A stretch of DNA of 41,454 bases, taken from the NCBI GenBank assembly GCA_964499425.1, contig CAZCLD010000006.1, positions 1-41,454 on the forward strand, read 5' to 3'. The translations under genes were made by a program, and so were the position numbers. The first letter of the stretch is position 1. Every line of letters begins with the position of its first letter. Below, piece by piece: positions 1-7,081 of the stretch. Source of the DNA: an uncultured Candidatus Peribacteria bacterium (GTDB lineage: Bacteria; Patescibacteriota; Gracilibacteria; UBA1369; LOWO2-01-FULL-3). Under the pieces are notes generated by a model. That model was not told where the DNA came from. It made no database searches and saw only the letters and a program-made list of their open reading frames with translations.

Positions 1-89
1 GTTTGCCAGCTAGGTTTTTTGCGTGCGCGTGCAGAAATACTACGCTTTCTTTGGTAAGCAGGAATGTTGAGGGTGTTTGGCTCTTCCAT
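1..89 (-). CDS. 5' part of a hypothetical protein running off the window (MEEPNTLNIPAYQRKRSISARARKKPSWQ...)
   Basis: ATG at 89-87, open to the window edge, TATAAT (95-100, minus) 5 nt upstream. Confidence 0.6.
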   Translation of the reverse strand, partial: MEEPNTLNIPAYQRKRSISARARKKPSWQ

Positions 90-122
90 GAGGAATTATA
101 TTTCGTTTGTATTTTAGCATAT

Positions 123-806
123 TTATGATTTCATTCTTAGTTTTTTTAGTATTGTCTGTAGTTCGACTTGTCCAAGGCTTCTTGCAATTCTGTATGTGCT
201 GGTTGGTTTTGTGTAGTTTTTTATTCTATTTTCTTTGATTGCTTTTATGATGGAGTTGATCTCTTTTGGGGAGTTGATTTCGGTGAAACCTAAGTCTAAA
301 TAATCCAAAACATGGCAATCAGATGTTGCGATAAGGGGTTTTGAGTATTTTTGGCTGATTTGTTCTGACTTTTTATTGAAGTTGATTAGCTTGGTATAAG
401 CCCAGCTATACTCTATAGCATCAAAGCAATCGATATTCTCTTTTAGTTTTCTTCCTAACCCTGGTCCTGGGAAAAAGGGATGAGCTGCGATAATTAGAGA
501 GTTTGGATGAGACGTACGATATTGCTTAAGTTTGTCGAATGTGTCGACCTTGAGTATTTGTTTGTCTATGTTGATCCCTAGAATGTGTTTTTTCCTGATA
601 TCGAATTCGATCCCTGGAATCAGGAGAATCCCTTTCTTCTTTGCATATTCTTGAAGTTTTTGGTCGAAGACTATTGTTTTGTGACACGTAATGGATAGAA
701 CTTCATAGTTTAGGGAAGAAGCACGATCGATGAGTTGAAAGGCTGTGAAGTTAATTTCGTCCTCTGGATCTCCATGGACGTGAGTATGTAATTGACACTT
801 AAGCAT
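123..806 (-). CDS. PHP-domain metal-dependent phosphoesterase
   Basis: PHP motifs QLHTH, ITCH (usually ITDH), PGIE, AAHP, ATSDCH. Confidence 0.85.
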   Translation of the reverse strand: MLKCQLHTHVHGDPEDEINFTAFQLIDRASSLNYEVLSITCHKTIVFDQKLQEYAKKKGILLIPGIEFDIRKKHILGINIDKQILKVDTFDKLKQYRTSHPNSLIIAAHPFFPGPGLGRKLKENIDCFDAIEYSWAYTKLINFNKKSEQISQKYSKPLIATSDCHVLDYLDLGFTEINSPKEINSIIKAIKENRIKNYTKPTSTYRIARSLGQVELQTILKKLRMKS

Positions 807-811
807 AGGGT

Positions 812-1057
812 CTACTCTGTAATCTCGTCGATAGCCTCTTTCGCGTCTTTGACTTTATCTACGGCGGTGTTTATGTCGTCTATGGTCTCCTCTGCTTTAG
901 CCTTGGTCTCATTTATTTTGTCTGAGACTTCTCCTACTTCCTCAACTACGTTGTCGTAAGAGTTTTGGATGTCTTCTCCTATCTCTACTGCTCCTTCTTT
1001 AATTCCGCAGGCAGTTAGGAGTCCTAAGGAGATTATTATTGTAATTATATTTTTCAT
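812..1057 (-). CDS. small helical lipoprotein
   Basis: MKN, hydrophobic stretch, lipobox LLTA-C, acidic amphipathic helix; ATGA overlap with the upstream gene. Confidence 0.75.
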   Translation of the reverse strand: MKNIITIIISLGLLTACGIKEGAVEIGEDIQNSYDNVVEEVGEVSDKINETKAKAEETIDDINTAVDKVKDAKEAIDEITE

Positions 1058-1368
1058 CGTTCTCTGGTAAAGATCTTTTTAAAGTTACCGTCGAATTTTC
1101 CAAGAAAATTCTTCATATCGAGGACCTCGTTTTGGGAGATCCCATTATGTGTTCTTGCGTCGTGTTTTTTGATTTTGACCTCTGCGGCTAGCATTACTGT
1201 CACTATTGTAGAGCAAGAGCATTTGGGGCATTTCATTTCAAAAAGTCCCTCTGTTTTGGTTGTAGCAATCAAATTAACACTCTTTCCAGTGTATTTAGCT
1301 TTGCACTGTACACACTTAGAAGTCTTAGTGAGGTGGTTGACTGCGCTCTTTATTTCGTCAAAATTCAT
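1054..1368 (-). CDS. zinc-ribbon hypothetical protein
   Basis: CVQC and CPKC pairs; C-terminal ISQNEVLDMKNFLGKFDGNF helix; co-oriented with gltX. Confidence 0.75.
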   Translation of the reverse strand: MNFDEIKSAVNHLTKTSKCVQCKAKYTGKSVNLIATTKTEGLFEMKCPKCSCSTIVTVMLAAEVKIKKHDARTHNGISQNEVLDMKNFLGKFDGNFKKIFTRER

Positions 1369-1378
1369 GGGTTTATAC

Positions 1379-1825
1379 TTATTTTTTTAATCCTTCTTGA
1401 ATTCTTTTAAGAGATTCTTCTTTTCCTAGTGCCCAAGCGAGTTCGAATACTCCTGGGGAAAATTGTAGTCCACTCAAGGCGGCTCTTAGGGGCCAAAACA
1501 CTTGTCCATTCTTTACTTCTAGCCTCTCGACGGTCTTTTTTAGGCTCTCTTGGAGTGAATCTAGGGTCCAATTATCCAAATTCTCTAAGTCTTCGATGCT
1601 TGCCTTTAGTGATGAATAAGCCTGATTCAAGTCTACTCTCATTTTTTCATGAGTCAATAACTCTTTTTCGTATTTTGGCAAGTGGTAGTAGAATTCCAGA
1701 TTTTCTTTTGTCTCTTTTGGGTTACGTAGTATTTTCTCTTCAATGGTAACAAGAGCCTTGAGTAGCTTATCTTTGTCATTTTTAAACTGATCAGGTGTGT
1801 GCTCGTTACACATTTCTAGTAGCAT
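1379..1825 (-). CDS. gltX: glutamyl-tRNA synthetase anticodon-binding domain; in frame with 1832..2941 across one TGA
   Basis: KNGQVFWPLRAALSG..FSPGVFELAWALGKEESLKRI is the GluRS C-terminal signature. Confidence 0.85.
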   Translation of the reverse strand: MLLEMCNEHTPDQFKNDKDKLLKALVTIEEKILRNPKETKENLEFYYHLPKYEKELLTHEKMRVDLNQAYSSLKASIEDLENLDNWTLDSLQESLKKTVERLEVKNGQVFWPLRAALSGLQFSPGVFELAWALGKEESLKRIQEGLKK

Positions 1826-1831
1826 TTCACC

Positions 1832-2941
1832 TCATTTGTTGAGGAATTGGTCTTCTTTTTCTTGAGATGAGAAGTGATATCTGAATTGATCTTTGCGCGG
1901 CTGCTCGATTTTGCAATTTCCATCAATTTTGTGTGCAAGTTCTTCTAATGTTTCCTGAAATCTCTTTTTTTGCCAGCGCCAATTGAACCAATCTAGCTTT
2001 TCTAGATTGAACACTGCTCCTGATTTATGAACTTTGCTTAGTTGAAAAATCTCTTTCAAGTGTTCCAGGGTATATATCTCGTTTTCATCTCCGCTACCTG
2101 GATGCCAGCCTAGGAAAACAACAAAATTTATGATTGCTTCACGGGAGTATCCTTCTTTTATGTAATCTTCTACAGCGATGTGTCCCTGTCTTTTGGAGAG
2201 TTTGGTTTTGTCGGGGTTTAGGAGTAGGGGTAGATGTGCGAATTGTGGCGGATCCCAGCCAAAAGCCTGGTAAAGAGCTAGATGTTTTGGGGTAGAGGGG
2301 AGCCATTCTTCACCTCGGATTACGTGGGTGATTCCCATTAAGTGGTCATCTACAACGTTTGCTAAGTGGTATGTGGGGAATCCGTCTGATTTGACTAGGA
2401 CTTGGTCGTCTATTATTTTGCCGTGGAACTGGACATTTCCACGTATTAAATCTTTAAATTTAATTGATTCATAAGGGATTTTTTGTCGAATTACGTGAGA
2501 TTCTCCTGCGTCGATTTTGGCTTTGACTTCAGATTCTGGAAGTTCTAGGCATTTGCGGTCATACATTGTTGCTTGCTTGTTTGCTTTTTGACGATCTCTC
2601 ATTTCGTCTAGTCGCTCTTTGGTGCAAAAACAACGGTATGCATGGCCGGATTTTAGTAATTTTTCAATGTGTTCTTTGTAGATTTCTGTTCTATCTGATT
2701 GTATATAAGGGCCGTTTTCTCCTTTTTCTGGTCCTTCATCGTATTCTAGGCCTATCCATTCTAGAGTTTTGAGGAGATTTTCTTGTGCACCTTTAACAAA
2801 TCGTTCTTGATCTGTGTCTTCGATTCTAAGAATGAACTCTCCCTCGTTTTTTCGTGCAAAAAGATAGCAATATAGGGCGGTTCTTAGTCCACCCACATGA
2901 AGATATCCTGTTGGAGATGGTGCGAAGCGTGTTTTGATCAT
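1832..2941 (-). CDS. gltX: glutamyl-tRNA synthetase catalytic part, ending at an in-frame TGA
   Basis: RFAPSPTGYLHVGG (HIGH), LRIEDTD, THVIRGEEW, KLSKR (KMSKS), CFC..YDRKC zinc site. Confidence 0.95.
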   Translation of the reverse strand: MIKTRFAPSPTGYLHVGGLRTALYCYLFARKNEGEFILRIEDTDQERFVKGAQENLLKTLEWIGLEYDEGPEKGENGPYIQSDRTEIYKEHIEKLLKSGHAYRCFCTKERLDEMRDRQKANKQATMYDRKCLELPESEVKAKIDAGESHVIRQKIPYESIKFKDLIRGNVQFHGKIIDDQVLVKSDGFPTYHLANVVDDHLMGITHVIRGEEWLPSTPKHLALYQAFGWDPPQFAHLPLLLNPDKTKLSKRQGHIAVEDYIKEGYSREAIINFVVFLGWHPGSGDENEIYTLEHLKEIFQLSKVHKSGAVFNLEKLDWFNWRWQKKRFQETLEELAHKIDGNCKIEQPRKDQFRYHFSSQEKEDQFLNK

Positions 2942-2948
2942 TGCGAGG

Positions 2949-2954
2949 ATTATA
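2949..2954 (-). promoter_or_regulatory. sigma70 -10 box 7 nt upstream of gltX ATG (leaderless-type)
   Basis: Perfect TATAAT on the minus strand. Confidence 0.55.
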
Positions 2955-3026
2955 ACTGGTTTTTGCCACTTACTCTAGGCAAAAAGCTTATTTTTAGATA
3001 TATTTCTAGGGTCTGTAAACAACTGT

Positions 3027-5234
3027 ATGGTCACAAGGCGTAAAAGAAAAACTACTAGTAGAACGAGAGCTCGTCGGACTTATCGTCGCTCTAAAAGAAA
3101 GTCACTGAAAATTAAGGTGAAGCCTTCAATTGCACGTGAGATTTGGGCCGTGATTTATTTTGCGATTGGTGTTTTGACTATTTTGAGTATTCAGGGAGGA
3201 CTGGGAATTATTGGGGACGCTTGGATTAGGTTCTTAAATCCTATTTTTGGATGGGGTGTTTATATAGTTCCGGCGGTTTTTTTGCTCCTTTCTACTATGT
3301 TGTTTTTCTCGAAGAAGTTGCATTTGGGTGGATCACGAGTTTTGGGAGTATTCCTATTTGTAAGCTCTATTTTGAGTGTTCTGCATTTGTCTGTTCCTAT
3401 TGAGAAAATCCATGATTTTGCTGTTGTTGGAAAATATGGGGGTTACGTTGGTTTTGTTACTAACTTTATTCTGTTGGAGGTTTTGAGTATTGGAAGGATT
3501 GGTGCGACGATTATATTTGTTGCGACTTTTTTGGTCTCTTTACTTCTGATTTTTGAGGTTTCTTTGCGTGATATCTGGCGTTTGATGATTCCAGAAATTA
3601 GAATTGAAAGGGGTGATAAGGCGAGCAAGAAGGATAGAAAACACAAGAAAATTGAGGAAAATGAGGAGGTTGAGCAGCCTATTATGATCCGAAAATCTTT
3701 GATTAATAAGGAAAAGGATGTGATTTATGAAGATGAGGAAGAAGGGGCTGATCCTATTGTGATTGATGAGAAAAAAGCTAAGGGTGTAGAAGCGTCTTTG
3801 ACTGAAAATGAGAAAAAAACAGAAGAAGCTGAGTATGAGTGGGAATTTCCTTCTTTAGATTTGTTGAAGAAGGGGAGTAGTACTGTTTCGGTGGAGGACG
3901 ATGTCCTAAAGTCCAATGCTGACAAGATAAAGAAAAAGCTGATACAGTTTGGAATTGATGTGAAGATGCATGAAATCAATGTTGGGCCAACTGTTATTCA
4001 ATATACTTTGAAGCCACATGAAGGGGTAAAGCTTTCCAAGATTACAGGTTTAAAAAATGACATTGCTTTGGCACTAGCTGCTGAAAGAGTGCGTATAGAA
4101 GCTCCAATTCCGGGAAAATCTTTTGTTGGCATTGAAGTGCCAAATTCTTATAGGGCTACTGTTCATTTGCGTGAAATTTTAGAGGAGGAGGTGTTTACTG
4201 CTTCTAAGTCTAAGTTGACTTTGCCACTTGGCCGTAATGTTTCTGGTAAGCCTATGGTTGCAAATCTGGAAATCATGCCTCATTTGTTGATTGCAGGTGC
4301 AACGGGTAGTGGTAAATCGGTTGCTGTTAATGCGTTTTTGACTTCTTTGCTTTATCAAAATTCTCCAAAAGACTTAAAGCTAATTTTGATTGATCCTAAA
4401 AGGGTTGAGTTGAGGGCTTATAATAGTATTCCTCATTTATTGAGTCCTGTGATACAGGATCCTGAGAAGGCTGCGATTAGTTTGCGCTGGGTTGTTTCGG
4501 AAATGACCAGGCGTTATGGTGAGCTCTCTGATCATAAGGTTAGAAATATACAGGAATTTAATGATCTGAAGGATGTAAATAATTTGCCGAGAATTGTTGT
4601 AGTAGTGGATGAATTGGCTGATTTAATGATGGCTGCTGGAAAGGAGGTGGAGGCTTCGATTTGTCGGATTGCACAGATGGCTAGAGCGGTTGGTATTCAC
4701 TTAATTATTGCTACCCAGAGGCCTTCTGTGGATGTGATTACTGGTCTTATTAAGGCTAATATCCCAGCTCGTATTGCGTTTGCTGTTAGTAGCCAGATTG
4801 ATTCGCGAACTATTATTGATGGCATTGGAGCAGAGGATCTGCTTAGTAGGGGAGATATGTTGTATTTGCCGACCGGTAAGAATAAGCCTGTGCGTATTCA
4901 GGGGATATTTGTTACGACTGAGGAAGTTGAGCGTGTGACGAATAGAGTAAAGCTAACTATAGAGCCTGAATATGACGATGATATTACGTCGCTTGCGACT
5001 GCTAAGCAGAGTCTGACAGGAGTTCCTGACTCTAAAGCTGGTGCTAGTGAAGACAACATGTATGAGGCAGCTTTTATTCTCGTTAAAGAGTCTCGTAAAG
5101 CATCTGCTTCTTTGTTGCAGAGGCGTCTTAAAGTCGGTTATGCAAGGGCTGCGCGCTTAATAGATCTTCTAGAAGAGAATGGGGTGGTAGGGCCGGCTGA
5201 TGGAGCTAAACCTAGGAAGATTTTGGTGGATTAG
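3027..5234 (+). CDS. ftsK: DNA translocase FtsK/SpoIIIE
   Basis: N-terminal TM segments, PHLLIAGATGSGKS, VVVDELADLM, ATQRPSVDVITG, gamma domain SLLQRRLKVGYARAARLID. Confidence 0.97.
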   Translation: MVTRRKRKTTSRTRARRTYRRSKRKSLKIKVKPSIAREIWAVIYFAIGVLTILSIQGGLGIIGDAWIRFLNPIFGWGVYIVPAVFLLLSTMLFFSKKLHLGGSRVLGVFLFVSSILSVLHLSVPIEKIHDFAVVGKYGGYVGFVTNFILLEVLSIGRIGATIIFVATFLVSLLLIFEVSLRDIWRLMIPEIRIERGDKASKKDRKHKKIEENEEVEQPIMIRKSLINKEKDVIYEDEEEGADPIVIDEKKAKGVEASLTENEKKTEEAEYEWEFPSLDLLKKGSSTVSVEDDVLKSNADKIKKKLIQFGIDVKMHEINVGPTVIQYTLKPHEGVKLSKITGLKNDIALALAAERVRIEAPIPGKSFVGIEVPNSYRATVHLREILEEEVFTASKSKLTLPLGRNVSGKPMVANLEIMPHLLIAGATGSGKSVAVNAFLTSLLYQNSPKDLKLILIDPKRVELRAYNSIPHLLSPVIQDPEKAAISLRWVVSEMTRRYGELSDHKVRNIQEFNDLKDVNNLPRIVVVVDELADLMMAAGKEVEASICRIAQMARAVGIHLIIATQRPSVDVITGLIKANIPARIAFAVSSQIDSRTIIDGIGAEDLLSRGDMLYLPTGKNKPVRIQGIFVTTEEVERVTNRVKLTIEPEYDDDITSLATAKQSLTGVPDSKAGASEDNMYEAAFILVKESRKASASLLQRRLKVGYARAARLIDLLEENGVVGPADGAKPRKILVD

Positions 5235-5238
5235 ATCT

Positions 5239-5868
5239 TTAATTTGCACCTAAATCACCGGAGAGGTCGTTTCTAGCTTGGTTGTTCATTGTTTCCAATC
5301 TTTCGTGTAGATCAAGATTGTATAGGGCAACTGCCTGAAGTCTCATGAGATTTTCTGAGTATGTTGATGCTTGTTGTTCTGACATCCCTTCGTGTTCTTT
5401 AAGAATTGTTATCCAGGTGTTGATAGCTAAATTACCTTCTTCTCCAATTTCTCCGTTTTCTGCATTTGTTAGCAATAATTTGTATTCTGAAATTTGCTTG
5501 GCTACTTCTATCTCTGCTTTTGCAGCATCAAACAAGATTGCGTCTGTTAATGCTAGTGCGATTGCTTCTAGTTTTTTTAGTTTTGATTCTACTTCTTTGG
5601 GTGGGAATTTTTCAATTAGATGCTTTGCAAGCTTCTCTTCTTCCGGAATATCGCCACTAACTTCATTTGTAACGTGAACGAGCTCATCGATTGTGTCAAA
5701 AGTGTCACTAGCTAGTTTCTTGAAAAACTTTTTTGGTCTTTTCCGGGGTTTCTGCCGAGGACTTTTCTTTATATCAGGTGTTGAGGTATAAGCTTCAAAT
5801 TTTGAATCTTCGTCTTCGAAAAGATCATCTACATCTACCCAAGCTTCTGGATTCTTTCTTTCTGACAT
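5239..5868 (-). CDS. hypothetical protein (acidic N-terminus, basic patch, helical C-terminus)
   Basis: 209-aa ORF with TGGTATAAT about 20 nt upstream; no recognisable motif. Confidence 0.7.
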   Translation of the reverse strand: MSERKNPEAWVDVDDLFEDEDSKFEAYTSTPDIKKSPRQKPRKRPKKFFKKLASDTFDTIDELVHVTNEVSGDIPEEEKLAKHLIEKFPPKEVESKLKKLEAIALALTDAILFDAAKAEIEVAKQISEYKLLLTNAENGEIGEEGNLAINTWITILKEHEGMSEQQASTYSENLMRLQAVALYNLDLHERLETMNNQARNDLSGDLGAN

Positions 5869-5921
5869 TTTTGTTCTTATTTGGCTTTATTATACCATTT
5901 CTTGCTGTTTATTTCAATTTG

Positions 5922-6227
5922 CTAGACCCCTTCGAGAGCGGTTTCAAGCATGCTGAGTCCAACGAAGAATAGTATTGCTCCGGCGATCAGTGTGATTAGC
6001 ATTCCCCAAGTAACTATGCGCAATCGTGTACCTTTTTCTATGTAGTAGAATCCTGAAAAAATCAGAAGAATACATACAATAAGTGCAATCCAGATGCCGA
6101 AATCAGGGAAGAGCTGAGTTGAGAATGCGAAAATTGCACTTAGTATGAAAACTCCCAGTAGGATGAGGGTGAATTTTGTAAGGATGTTGTCCTTGCGAAT
6201 CTCTTTTTTGACGATTTTTACTTCCAT
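5922..6227 (-). CDS. small 3-TM membrane protein
   Basis: Three hydrophobic segments; abuts the purQ stop. Confidence 0.75.
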   Translation of the reverse strand: MEVKIVKKEIRKDNILTKFTLILLGVFILSAIFAFSTQLFPDFGIWIALIVCILLIFSGFYYIEKGTRLRIVTWGMLITLIAGAILFFVGLSMLETALEGV

Positions 6228-7049
6228 TTACTTAAAATATTCAACAGCGTTCTTGAATATCTTAAGTCCATCACCATCTTTTGGCAAATCTTTACCTTCT
6301 CGGATTAACTTTTCCTTTTTTAGTTCCCAGCCTTCTTCATTCTCAAAGCTGTAGAAGCGTTCGGGATGTGGCATCATGCCGAGTATGCGGCCGGAGGGGT
6401 CACATACACCTGCAATGTCATCAATTGCACCATTTGGATTGTAGGGGAACTGCCCGTTTGCGGGTGAGCCATCATCATGTACATATTTGAAGGCGATTTG
6501 ATCATTTTCTTTCATTTTTTCTAGAATTTCTGTGTTGGTATAGAAATTACCTTCTCCGTGCGCAATTGGTACATGGAAGAGGTCCATGTTACGAGTCCAG
6601 ATACACTTATTAGACGCGTTTTTTAGCCAGATCCAGCGGCATTCTAGGCGTGCTTTTTTGTTGTGCATTAATGCTGCCTGGCGGGTGCCGCAGGGCTCTT
6701 TCTCATCTTTGTTGTTTGCAGGTATTAATCCGAGATTTGCAATAATTTGCATACCATTACAAATGCCGATAATTAATTTGTCTTCTTGGGCGAATTTGAA
6801 AATTTCATCCTCAAGATTGTTACGTATTTTATTGGCGACTGCATTTCCTGCCCCGGTATCATCTGCGTATGAGAATCCTCCAGGGAAAGCCATGATTTGG
6901 TAGTCTGCAAGTTTCTTGCTGCCATCAATTAGGTCGTTGATGTGGACAATTTCAGCTTGTGATCCCGTGTGTTGAAAGCATTTAGATGTCTCTTCCTCAC
7001 AATTTATACCATATCCAGTAATTACTATAGTTTTGGGTTTCGTTTTCAT
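6228..7049 (-). CDS. purQ: FGAM synthase glutaminase subunit
   Basis: GYGINCEEE, FPGGFSYAD, GICNGMQ, PIAHGEG, GMMPHPER; start moved to MKTKPK at 7049. Confidence 0.95.
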   Translation of the reverse strand: MKTKPKTIVITGYGINCEEETSKCFQHTGSQAEIVHINDLIDGSKKLADYQIMAFPGGFSYADDTGAGNAVANKIRNNLEDEIFKFAQEDKLIIGICNGMQIIANLGLIPANNKDEKEPCGTRQAALMHNKKARLECRWIWLKNASNKCIWTRNMDLFHVPIAHGEGNFYTNTEILEKMKENDQIAFKYVHDDGSPANGQFPYNPNGAIDDIAGVCDPSGRILGMMPHPERFYSFENEEGWELKKEKLIREGKDLPKDGDGLKIFKNAVEYFK

Positions 7050-7081
7050 TATTTTAATGTTTAGGAGACTTCGCTTCGTCT

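Noticed and set aside
1832-1834. Genome-wide UGA recoding (code 25 or 4)
   Set aside because: All other conserved genes are uninterrupted, and several end in TGA overlapping the next ATG
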